Origin: a virus
Virus record (IMG/VR): IMGVR_UViG_3300025118_000006
Coordinates: 1 to 64,000 of that record
Reading direction: 5' to 3' (one strand)
Length of the DNA: 64,000 nucleotides
The position numbers and the translations under genes were made by a program. Under the pieces are notes generated by a model. That model saw only the letters and a list, made by a program, of their open reading frames with translations. It made no database searches and was not told where the DNA came from. Of this stretch, positions 55,098-64,000 are shown piece by piece (the first letter of the stretch is position 1; each line of letters starts with the position of its first letter).

Positions 55098-57050
55098 ATG
55101 GATTTTGTTCAAAAATGTGGAGGCAGGTTGCCCGCTGGAGGCACCTCAGACGTGAACAACGTCGGGTCGATTAGGGAGTTCACAAAGGGCCTTCTTATGT
55201 CCTACGGGCCTGCCGCAGACGGCGGGATGGTGGGAGAGGTATTCGATTTACATGGGTGTCATGTGTATACGGAGTGCCAATTTCTTCATCACGGCGGGAT
55301 GTCCGAAGGCAAGATGAACTGGGACTTTGGTTACGAGCCACCACACCCGGATGTTATGGATAGCCTCATGGGTAACAGGCCGATGTCGGGAGAGGCTGGT
55401 GGGTCAGAGTGGGATAAGGCCAGTTTTGTGCTTTTAGGCTTCATTAACGAAGGCTCTACCCGGATGCCGGTCATCATGGGCCAACTACTCAGCTTGAAGC
55501 AGCGGGTTCTGATGGCTGCCACGTTTGCCGATGACCAAACTGCAAACCGGGGCTCGGGGTCGCTTCTTGGTGGCCGTGTTTCAGGGCGTGACCTTGTAAG
55601 ACAGGCGGGAGGCACGCTATTTCAGATATCATACCAAGGCGGCGTCACGTTTGACACGAACTGGCTATCTAAGTCGGACATGCTTGCCGACTCTGTTAGC
55701 AAGGGACTAGCGGACGCATCAGAGCAGAATGCCCGACCGGGCACGGGATCATCTCGCGTATCAACATCCAGCGATGGAGTCTCGCGGGAGTGGTTACCAA
55801 AGACGCCATATATCAGATTTATCTGCACGCACACCGAGGAGGGATTGCGTGGGGAGGTGTCAGTTATCCTTCAGAGGTGGTCTTGGAAAAAAGCAAAAGC
55901 AGGCGGTGGATGGGGAACGGAGTACCCGTCCGAAGAAAGAAAAAACGCGATACTGAAGCGTGACTTTCCCATGCTCGGACAGCGGGTATCAACTTTAATG
56001 TATGCAGCGTTCAAACATTTTGAGCAGCGTATTTTCCAACTCGAAACCCAGATGTTGTGGTGCTGGAATCAGTTCATCACAGTCGAAAAAGAATTTGGTA
56101 AACTCGATGGTGCAGTTGTCTTGGGTACGGGGTCTTTTAACGGAACCCTAAAGACTCCTCTGGCTACGGTGGCTGGAGGCCCCGTCACAACACCCCACTC
56201 ATATTATTGGGGCAGCAAGGGCCTTTTTGAGCACTCAGACCAGAACTCGACGAAAACCGGCAAACATTACATAAGCGGGGCTGCTGGAAATCAGCGCGAT
56301 GGGTGGGGAAGCAGAATCCCCTACGGCGTGCCAACCACGCCAGAGCACGTAAAGGCGTATGATGCCAACCACAGTAAGAACTCCTCGTCGCAAGAGGAGG
56401 CCGCGATGGCATCGACGGTCAAGATGACTGAAAAAAACACCGCCAAAAGCGCAAATTTTGTCAGTGAATTAAATGAGCAGCGGGAGAATTGTGCTCGACC
56501 ACCATCCTACGGAGAGCGTGTCCGGGGTCTGGTTCGGTGGTATCAGGGAGGCTACAATAGCGCCTGGGTGAATTGGCCTGGGCGGTCTTCTTTGACCATC
56601 AAAAATCCAACGTGGGAAAAGGATATATCAGCGTTCAGTAACATCAAAAACATGAATCCCGTCTCAGGCGCGGGCGCGGGCTCAGGCAGGCTCCATCCGG
56701 TTACCAGTGTTGCTAATAGCCCCTACAACGAAACATCAACCAATATTCAGAAAGCTCTGCCAGCGTCGATAGAATTTCACTTTCCCTGCGATGCCAAGAT
56801 CGCAACTCCATTTTTTAAGAAGCAAGACGTAGGATATGGTCACTACGCACTAAACAGCCCAGAACAGAATGCGCCGATGATCGCCGCGATGACGTTCTCA
56901 GAAACAGCGATGAATCTATTTACCGCTGGCATCCACGTCTCGGGAATGAGCGTGGATGAAGACAGCCCATCGTTCGGATTCGAGACTGTGATGAACAAAA
57001 AAGAAGAATCTGTCACGCAAGATCTACGAAAATTCTTTCACGAGAGTTAA
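55098..57050 (+). CDS. baseplate central spike-like protein
   Basis: N-terminal VLLGFI.....PVIMG OB-fold-like motif; position. Confidence 0.45.
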   Translation: MDFVQKCGGRLPAGGTSDVNNVGSIREFTKGLLMSYGPAADGGMVGEVFDLHGCHVYTECQFLHHGGMSEGKMNWDFGYEPPHPDVMDSLMGNRPMSGEAGGSEWDKASFVLLGFINEGSTRMPVIMGQLLSLKQRVLMAATFADDQTANRGSGSLLGGRVSGRDLVRQAGGTLFQISYQGGVTFDTNWLSKSDMLADSVSKGLADASEQNARPGTGSSRVSTSSDGVSREWLPKTPYIRFICTHTEEGLRGEVSVILQRWSWKKAKAGGGWGTEYPSEERKNAILKRDFPMLGQRVSTLMYAAFKHFEQRIFQLETQMLWCWNQFITVEKEFGKLDGAVVLGTGSFNGTLKTPLATVAGGPVTTPHSYYWGSKGLFEHSDQNSTKTGKHYISGAAGNQRDGWGSRIPYGVPTTPEHVKAYDANHSKNSSSQEEAAMASTVKMTEKNTAKSANFVSELNEQRENCARPPSYGERVRGLVRWYQGGYNSAWVNWPGRSSLTIKNPTWEKDISAFSNIKNMNPVSGAGAGSGRLHPVTSVANSPYNETSTNIQKALPASIEFHFPCDAKIATPFFKKQDVGYGHYALNSPEQNAPMIAAMTFSETAMNLFTAGIHVSGMSVDEDSPSFGFETVMNKKEESVTQDLRKFFHES

Positions 57051-57074
57051 AATGTGTGTTTTTGGAGGTAAATT

Positions 57075-58856
57075 ATGGAATTTCTAGGAAGCCTAAATCC
57101 GCACGCGACTCCGATTAAATATATAATTGAGTACACAACGAGCGGTGGTGACGTGAAATACATACCGCTCCCATACAACCCGATACAGATTCGCTTCAAC
57201 AAACAATTTGCGACGGTGGTGACCCCGACCCTTGGCCGGCTTCCTGTGGTAGAGCATTCAGGCCCTCGGTTCATGGAGATTGAGCTTCAGGGTCGCACGG
57301 GCCTCAAAGAGCGAAGACAGGTGTTAGACGGGGGGTGGTGGTCACCAAACAACATCTTCGACGGTTACGCGGCATTCTCGAAGCTGTACAAGGCTTTGGT
57401 GGATTGGGAATCGGAGGCCGCCTCGATTGAAGCCGAACACCATAGTGAAAAAAAGCCCTTTAGGCTCGCAGCCTCTTCTTTTACTGGGTTAAAGTTCGAC
57501 GATGCAGACCAGAACCTAACGCGGTCTGGTGGTCGAATGGTTTTACGCGCACTTGACGAGCAAATCGAATACCACGTTGAGCCAACCTCGTTCACTTGGT
57601 CAAGGCGGGCGTCTGGGCCTCGTTTTGGGTACCAGTACACACTAAACCTTAAGGGGTACGGCGAAGCAGAGAGGATATCCAAGCCTAGCGTTGTCGAGAT
57701 GGCGTTTAGTGCGTACGCGGGAGCAACCGCGTTTATCGATACCTACCGGCGTGGCGTTCAAAATCTGACCGGCATTGTGAGCGACCTCAATGCTTTGGTC
57801 CACGGCGCGTCAACTCAGATCAAAAGAACCGCGCTCACTGTCATAAATATGGGCAACGAGCTTGTGGCTACATCGCGAGCGTTAAAAAACACTCCAGGCA
57901 ATTTAAGCCTCAACGCGCTGGAGGTATCAAACAGATATAAAGCTCTTATGAACGACTTGCAGAACGCATTCGATGACGAGGACGTATACGACGCGGACAC
58001 TGATCCTCAAACAAACGCAGTAGCCAAATCGAGCGTTCACGACTTCCTGCTGGCACTAGCCCCAACGATAAATGCCGCGAATTTAACAGCCGCATCAACG
58101 CTCCAACTCCACTACCAACCGAACATGCCATACGTGTATTTCCAGTCACAGTTGGATGTTGAGAAGCAGATGGGGCTAGAGTCGATGGATGGTGCGATAC
58201 TCAGTGACGAGCGCAATCGATCACATGCAGTCGAGGCTGGTTTTGATGGTGGCGACTGCGTCTACCATACAGTCGGTGTTGGCGAAAGCCTGTATGAAAT
58301 TGCTGAAAAGTATTACAACTCCCGACATTCGGTTGGCCTCTTGATGCTGGCTAATCCGGCCCTTGATGAGATGTACGCCTCGGACGCTGGGACGCCAGGG
58401 TATTTAGAGGTCGGTAGCGTGCTTATTGTGCCAAGCCCATCAAATAAAGAGCAGGGAATCGTTGATCCTAACAACCCACTCGTTCAAGGGCTCTTTGGAA
58501 TCGACCTAATGCTCGACGAAGACGGTGATCTAAAGATCAAAGGTGATGATAGCGATGATATCGCGTTGATCCGGGGGCATGAAAATCTTCGACAGGGCCT
58601 TCTGAACAAGCTAAAAACATATCGTGGCGACAACAAGGTTTTCCCTGAAATCGGCCTACCGATACGTCCTGGCGACCCTTCGTCTACGGAATCTATCGCG
58701 ATTCTTTTGTCCGAACTGAAGAATCAGATTGTAGGAGATAAGCGGGTTTCCAGGCTGCAAGACGTACAGATTGTGGACGGTGGCGACCGCCTCGCGGTAA
58801 GATGCGATGTGTATCCTGTGGCTGGTGGATTTATACCGGCTGAGATACCGATTTAG
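57075..58856 (+). CDS. baseplate protein: tube-initiator-like, LysM and gp25-like domains
   Basis: LP.NP..I, YHTVGVGESLYEIAEKYY (LysM), GIDL.LD.DGDL...G.ENL.Q.L...L.T..G...P..G...D.RV. Confidence 0.7.
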   Translation: MEFLGSLNPHATPIKYIIEYTTSGGDVKYIPLPYNPIQIRFNKQFATVVTPTLGRLPVVEHSGPRFMEIELQGRTGLKERRQVLDGGWWSPNNIFDGYAAFSKLYKALVDWESEAASIEAEHHSEKKPFRLAASSFTGLKFDDADQNLTRSGGRMVLRALDEQIEYHVEPTSFTWSRRASGPRFGYQYTLNLKGYGEAERISKPSVVEMAFSAYAGATAFIDTYRRGVQNLTGIVSDLNALVHGASTQIKRTALTVINMGNELVATSRALKNTPGNLSLNALEVSNRYKALMNDLQNAFDDEDVYDADTDPQTNAVAKSSVHDFLLALAPTINAANLTAASTLQLHYQPNMPYVYFQSQLDVEKQMGLESMDGAILSDERNRSHAVEAGFDGGDCVYHTVGVGESLYEIAEKYYNSRHSVGLLMLANPALDEMYASDAGTPGYLEVGSVLIVPSPSNKEQGIVDPNNPLVQGLFGIDLMLDEDGDLKIKGDDSDDIALIRGHENLRQGLLNKLKTYRGDNKVFPEIGLPIRPGDPSSTESIAILLSELKNQIVGDKRVSRLQDVQIVDGGDRLAVRCDVYPVAGGFIPAEIPI

Positions 58857-58864
58857 GGGTTCCA

Positions 58865-60304
58865 ATGCCATTCACACCACGCCTAAGAAATGAAATCTTG
58901 CAAGACATGGTCGCTCGCGTCGTTGCGAGGACCGAATTAAATGACCTCAACGCAGGCTCGGTGTTGTTACAAATCCTGGGTTCTGTAGCTGAAGAGCTTG
59001 AGCATATTGAGCTACGGATGAAGTCGGTTCGTGACAGTTACTTTCTCGAAGGTGTTTTCGGATCGGAGCTTGATGAGCGCGTTGCTGAACTACCACCGAA
59101 CGGCGTTATAAGAAAGGGTGCGGTTTCTGCACGCGGGACAGTGACGATTCAGAGAACAGTATCCGCTGGTGATGCTGGCCTTTCTGTTCCGGTCGGCGGC
59201 CTGATTGTGTCCTCGACTTTTAATCCTGGGGTCACCTACACAAACGACGCGGTAATCAGCTTTGCGACCGATGCAGCGAGCGCAAACGCTAATGTGGTAT
59301 CGCTAGTCCCAGGCACGTCCAGCAATACAGCGGCAGGCACGATTAACTCGATTGACTTGAGCCCGAGCCCCTCGGTGTTTAGCGTTACCAACGCTGCACC
59401 AATAGCGGGCGGCCAAACAAGGGAGAGTGACGCATCACTACGCGCTCGCGCTAAAAAATACCTAAAGTCCCTATCTCGATGCCAGCGGCCCGCGCTGGAG
59501 TATAAGGCGATAACTTTTACCGGCAGTAATGGTGACACTTTCAAAAATGCGACTGTCTATGAAGATGTCAGCCGACCCGGCTATTGTGAATTGGTTGTGG
59601 ACGATAAAGGTACCACCGCGAATGGTGTGTCTTTAGGCGCAATTCCTCCACAGGTGACAGTCCCATCGACAGGTATTTCGCAGTTATACTTTCAGGCCCC
59701 GGCGCAGGACGCGCCAAAAATATTTAAGAAAGCGAGTGGTGCATCGACGTTTACAGAGCTAGAGCCCGATGTCTACAAGTCGGACTTTACAATCATCGAG
59801 GAGCGAGGCGTTGTTTACATCAATAACCCTGAGCTTTTCTCGACTGGCGATACCATAGCCGTCGGAGTTGTTGCTGACACGTCAGCGGACTTGATCGATG
59901 CAACGCAATCCGGCTACTACGTTTACGGTGCTTCGATCAAAGAGCTTCAAGATCAGTTGGAGGGTGACCTCAATAAAGGCGCGGGCTTTTACGGTTTCCG
60001 TGCAGCCGGAACCAGGGTCCGGGTGGTGCCACCGACAGCGCAGTATTTTGATGTAGAATTCACAGCAACTTATACGACAGCGTCGGAAGTAGCTCTTTTC
60101 GGAGAACAGGCTCAGTTGGCCGTCGTTGACTATGTGAACGAATTGGCCCCAGGGCAGCCAGCCCTGCTCGCAGAAATGTCGCGCAGAATTATGGATATCT
60201 CTGGTGTAACGAACGTGCTCATAAATGAGCCACAGACTGACGTGTATCCTAAGTCGATGCGTCACAGCCTTCGCGTCGAGAAGGCCAATATTACGGTGGT
60301 CTAA
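58865..60304 (+). CDS. baseplate J-like wedge protein
   Basis: D.N.GSV, G.ELD, R..A..A.G, G...N...G.I, GG...ESD..LR.R, RAAG. Confidence 0.88.
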   Translation: MPFTPRLRNEILQDMVARVVARTELNDLNAGSVLLQILGSVAEELEHIELRMKSVRDSYFLEGVFGSELDERVAELPPNGVIRKGAVSARGTVTIQRTVSAGDAGLSVPVGGLIVSSTFNPGVTYTNDAVISFATDAASANANVVSLVPGTSSNTAAGTINSIDLSPSPSVFSVTNAAPIAGGQTRESDASLRARAKKYLKSLSRCQRPALEYKAITFTGSNGDTFKNATVYEDVSRPGYCELVVDDKGTTANGVSLGAIPPQVTVPSTGISQLYFQAPAQDAPKIFKKASGASTFTELEPDVYKSDFTIIEERGVVYINNPELFSTGDTIAVGVVADTSADLIDATQSGYYVYGASIKELQDQLEGDLNKGAGFYGFRAAGTRVRVVPPTAQYFDVEFTATYTTASEVALFGEQAQLAVVDYVNELAPGQPALLAEMSRRIMDISGVTNVLINEPQTDVYPKSMRHSLRVEKANITVV

Positions 60305-60306
60305 AA

Positions 60307-62430
60307 ATGGATAAAGTAAAGCTACATGACCTAGAACGCTTAGACATCCCAGATGCTAACGCGCTTCAAGATTTGGTCTACACCTACTGTTCTCGATTCA
60401 TTGGCCAGATTTTGGGCCAAGGGAATTGGACGCATGACCAGAAGAGCTTCAATCGTGGCGGCGTGTTTTCAAAACCGGACCTCACAATTACGCACAACGC
60501 AGTTGGCGTAGCTGGGAGCGATGCGTTTAAACGAACGCAGTTGAAGGTGACGCTAGGCAGTAAGTTCATGGTTTATCATTACGCGACTGACGACACTGCA
60601 ATCAGCGTGAGTGCGGATGACCCTCGCGAGGTCGAGGGCCACATCCTATCCATTGACCCATCGAACGCGCAGCAGCAGGACAAGTTTGACCTAATCGGCG
60701 TACAGGACGCTTTCGATTCGACTGGGCAACACCCTTACGTTTGGGTTCGGCCTGTAGCATACGATGCTGATACGGCTACCCGAAGAAAGTGGTCTACGAC
60801 AACTTCTAAGGAAGTAGCTGTCGCGCTAAAAACACGCATTCGCACGGTGGCTGAGTTCGCCTTCCAGGCTGATGACCCAGGCCCCGAATGGTGTGCGATT
60901 GGACGTATTTTGATGCACAAACCGGAAACTGCCGGAACGGGCGCACAAAAACCAGAGATTAAATGGTTCCACTGGAGCGACATGGAAGCCTTTGGTGGAG
61001 AGATCCCAAAGGGCCTTTTGGGTGAGCTAGGCTTATACTCCAGCACATCGACTGGCTACAACATTCAGGGAAAGGATGGTCGAAGAATCGACGGGCTTGT
61101 GAACCAATTAACTGAGATCAAGAGGCAGATTGCACGTCTCTACGGGGGCAACCCGCATTTTCCAGAGCATGATTACTGGCATCACTGGCGTGCCGGTGTG
61201 CTCGACACGGTGCCGCAACCGCAAGGTATAATGAGCCTTACGCGGAGGCAGCGAGAGCTAAAGGAACTTTGGGGAGCTAACGGGTACGCTATCGAGGAGT
61301 TAGTTGATGATGCTCCGACATCTCAGTTTAGCTGGGACAAGTTCATTTCAGACAACGGGCTTTCTGACGGGACTTACAATTTCCCGATCAACGTAACCGC
61401 TGGCATTCTTCACGACGAAGATGGCGAGCAAGTGTACGATACGCCCGAAGAGCAGGGAGCCGATGGTGGTTTGAATTTAAGGGTAGAGATTGTTGTGTCG
61501 GGTGGAGCACTGGATAGCAGCGTTTTCTTCCTCGGTGCCACCGAAGAGTTCTCGCCGGGTGCTGGATATGGTTTTATGGCCAACCAACCCGGAAAACCAT
61601 TCAAGGTAACGTCGAAGGGTTTCACAGCAGAGAGCCTGACTCACCTCGCTTTTGTAAACTCTGCGTGGTCTGGGACTGCGACCGTCGGAACCGAATTGAA
61701 GTCGCTCGACAAGGATGATTTCGACCGGAGAATACAGGCCAACGTAGACGAGAGTTTAACTGCCTCCACCATGCCAGTCGCAGTGTTCCACGCAGCGCAC
61801 ACGTTAGAAGGTTTCACGGGTGCTGAGTCGGATGGTGAGTGGAACGAAAAAAGGAACTGGAATTACTCATACCAGCATCGCAATGGTAAAACCGTTCGAT
61901 TTTGGCGAGTCGCTCGCGGGACATACGTGTTGGACTTTGGTTCCAAGGTGAATTGCGTGGTCGCTACGTCCACCCAGTTCAACGGGTCTGCAACCGTGGC
62001 CGCGTTGGACCCAAACACAGACCCGTTGAACGGAACGTCGTCCACTGGTGCGAAGGGTCCGAAAACATGGGTGGTGCAGGGCCAAAATCCACAACAGGCT
62101 TCAGGCGCAACCTCGGACCTTTCTGGACCGACCGCGCCCACACGTTACTGGCTCGTTAGAACGCAGTATTACGCAGGCCACCAAGACTACATTAGCGAGG
62201 TTGGCGAGGGCTGGATTAGTGGTCGAGAGGAGCCTATGACCTCCTACGAAAACTTGAGCCAAGAGGCGGGTGGGTTTTTTGAAAAACTCGAAAACGTCCA
62301 CGATGCGTCGTTTAGTTTGGCGGCATGGCTAATTTCCAGCGCAACTGGTGGTCGAGTGGTCAAGCAACAAAAGACGCTGATTGAAGGTGACCTTGAAGGC
62401 AATGGCTTTGGTGGCATCTTAAATGACTAG
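60307..62430 (+). CDS. baseplate/tail-fibre-associated protein
   Basis: Follows the J-like gene; 707-aa ORF. Confidence 0.5.
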   Translation: MDKVKLHDLERLDIPDANALQDLVYTYCSRFIGQILGQGNWTHDQKSFNRGGVFSKPDLTITHNAVGVAGSDAFKRTQLKVTLGSKFMVYHYATDDTAISVSADDPREVEGHILSIDPSNAQQQDKFDLIGVQDAFDSTGQHPYVWVRPVAYDADTATRRKWSTTTSKEVAVALKTRIRTVAEFAFQADDPGPEWCAIGRILMHKPETAGTGAQKPEIKWFHWSDMEAFGGEIPKGLLGELGLYSSTSTGYNIQGKDGRRIDGLVNQLTEIKRQIARLYGGNPHFPEHDYWHHWRAGVLDTVPQPQGIMSLTRRQRELKELWGANGYAIEELVDDAPTSQFSWDKFISDNGLSDGTYNFPINVTAGILHDEDGEQVYDTPEEQGADGGLNLRVEIVVSGGALDSSVFFLGATEEFSPGAGYGFMANQPGKPFKVTSKGFTAESLTHLAFVNSAWSGTATVGTELKSLDKDDFDRRIQANVDESLTASTMPVAVFHAAHTLEGFTGAESDGEWNEKRNWNYSYQHRNGKTVRFWRVARGTYVLDFGSKVNCVVATSTQFNGSATVAALDPNTDPLNGTSSTGAKGPKTWVVQGQNPQQASGATSDLSGPTAPTRYWLVRTQYYAGHQDYISEVGEGWISGREEPMTSYENLSQEAGGFFEKLENVHDASFSLAAWLISSATGGRVVKQQKTLIEGDLEGNGFGGILND

Positions 62431-62442
62431 GAGTAGATAGAG

Positions 62443-63657
62443 ATGGCAGCACCGATAGCCACAGCTAAAATTGGAACCTCCAGCGAGGCGACGTATCTTT
62501 ATTCAGACGTTGTCTCGGGCGGGGGTGTTTCAAGCATAACTTTAACCGGGGCCGGTACTGCGGACGGTGGGGCTACAATTGCCTCCTACAAGTGGTATAT
62601 AATTTCTCAGCCACCAAACGGTACTGCGGTTCTTTCATCCGACACAGCGCAAAACCCGACCATCGGGCCGATTAGCAAGTGGGGTAACTACCGCGTACTT
62701 TTGGTGGTGACTGATTCGGCTGGCGTTACTTCTGCCACTGACCCACTTTTAGCACCGGATAGCGCGTTCGCTACCGTGCGAGTTCGTGGCCCGAACGTCA
62801 AGCTTGCTGGGTACCCAGGCGACCCTGCCGCTATTGGGCTGATAAAGCCAGCGGCTACCGAGCGAAATTGGTACGATGAGTATTGGGAGCTTGTTGAGGC
62901 GGTTTCAGATAACGCCAATCGTTGGCCAGTCATTGAGCACACAGACGTTACCGCTTGCACAGGCCCCAATTTGGATGAGCTTGTTTCAGGCGATTACACT
63001 ACTCTGCACAAGCATCAAGGCGATTCGATTGAGGCGTCTACTGCGAGTGCCCCCGGAACTGTCGTCTTACGCGACACGCCAGCGGATGCGGCTACTCCGA
63101 AGGCAGTGAACTACGAGTATTTTGTTTACACCGCGCAGGTTTACGGATCGTTCTATATCGACCTCCGAAATGGAGTCACCACACCTTTGCCATACTGGAT
63201 TGCATCTACAGACACTTCCAGCCTAACAGGCGCAGGGCAGGGTGGTGCGTTCACTCAGGATGGACTCTCTCACGTTGTGGCTCGACCTCACGTAATGTTT
63301 ACATTGCCGAAGACAGGCGCGAGCGCAAACCTAACGATGGATTTGTGGCAAGTCACAGTAAATATGGCCGATTCTGGCTTTGATTCAGGTGGTAGCGGAA
63401 GCTATCAGTTCAAGGTTGTCGAGGGTAGTGCGGCTGAGTGGGCTGCGAATGCGCTTATCGACGGCTCGGGAGGATTAGATTCAAAGCACACGATTTCTGG
63501 CTCTGTTGGTACAGCCCGTTCACCACTCTCCATCGATAGCTATGTTGGTGGGTCGGTTCAACTTAGCGATGCACACTTTGGGCTTGTCTGCACGGGTGCT
63601 CCGGCCAACATCGGTGGAGGCATGAGCGTAACCATTATATTGAGGCACAGAGTATGA
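62443..63657 (+). CDS. virion protein with N-terminal PKD/Ig-like domain
   Basis: ITLTG.G..D...I.SY.W....P......LS.....PT......G.Y.V.LVVTD. Confidence 0.65.
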   Translation: MAAPIATAKIGTSSEATYLYSDVVSGGGVSSITLTGAGTADGGATIASYKWYIISQPPNGTAVLSSDTAQNPTIGPISKWGNYRVLLVVTDSAGVTSATDPLLAPDSAFATVRVRGPNVKLAGYPGDPAAIGLIKPAATERNWYDEYWELVEAVSDNANRWPVIEHTDVTACTGPNLDELVSGDYTTLHKHQGDSIEASTASAPGTVVLRDTPADAATPKAVNYEYFVYTAQVYGSFYIDLRNGVTTPLPYWIASTDTSSLTGAGQGGAFTQDGLSHVVARPHVMFTLPKTGASANLTMDLWQVTVNMADSGFDSGGSGSYQFKVVEGSAAEWAANALIDGSGGLDSKHTISGSVGTARSPLSIDSYVGGSVQLSDAHFGLVCTGAPANIGGGMSVTIILRHRV

Positions 63658-64000
63658 GTCCTACTTTCGATCTACCACTGTTTATCCCTAGTTCGGTCGG
63701 GTCTGGTACAGCCCTTAATGCTACCCAGGCGACCGCGAAGATCACAGTTTCAGGTAACCCTTCGTCGAATCCGACGTTTAAGGTAAATGGTTTAGACACA
63801 GAGGTGACGCGAGGCGTCTCGACTACAGCGACAGCGACAGCCATTGCGGCTGCGCTACTCGCGGCTGGCAACGGCTGCGTGGCTGAATCTGATGGTGCCG
63901 TTGTTACCCTCACTTCCTCGGTTCGGGGTCCGGTTGGTAACAACATGAGCTTAGGTTTGGTGAGTGCTGGAGGCGGGACCATCACGGTGACGGGTTTTAG
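63654..64000 (+). CDS. virion protein, truncated by the window end (MSPTFDLPLFIPSS...)
   Basis: ATGA coupling; open to the end of the window; sheath-like beta domain. Confidence 0.6.
   Translation, partial: MSPTFDLPLFIPSSVGSGTALNATQATAKITVSGNPSSNPTFKVNGLDTEVTRGVSTTATATAIAAALLAAGNGCVAESDGAVVTLTSSVRGPVGNNMSLGLVSAGGGTITVTGF

Noticed and set aside
1-64000. tRNA, rRNA, integrase, transposase and CI-like repressor genes; the many antisense ORFs in the ORF track
   Set aside because: None was recognisable by eye (tRNAscan and HMM searches not run); the antisense ORFs shadow well-supported genes and lack an RBS.

Overview
This is a 64-kb segment of a tailed dsDNA phage or prophage with a contractile tail; the head and neck module resembles the Twort/SPO1 type. 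Gene order: recombination and DNA modification (SbcC-like ATPase, RecU, two adenine MTases); small early genes behind sigma70-like promoters; replication (DnaB, an iteron-containing initiator, a loader-like protein); TerS; an inverted early-gene block; TerL; a large fibre-like gene; a lysis cassette; portal; a MuF fusion; a 1772-aa polyvalent protein; protease, scaffold, capsid, neck, sheath, tube, chaperone, tape measure and baseplate. No integrase, protein repressor, tRNA or CRISPR array is visible. Two candidate systems stand out. (1) Two ~90-nt promoter-to-terminator small RNAs with bipartite antisense seeds acting in trans. One (10346-10438, +) is complementary to a leader/RBS motif shared by four early operons. 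The other (4364-4453, -) is complementary to both the hairpin loop and the RBS of the initiator mRNA about 8 kb away. (2) Head-associated polyproteins punctuated by [LIVM]-x-K|[ASG] candidate prohead-protease sites, followed by repeated basic peptide tags. Their cargo includes a zincin, a truncated beta-clamp that keeps its peptide pocket, and a ComM-like fragment with Walker B DE changed to DQ; some domains are bounded by a 23-bp DNA repeat. All family calls come from motif recognition by eye; no database searches were run.
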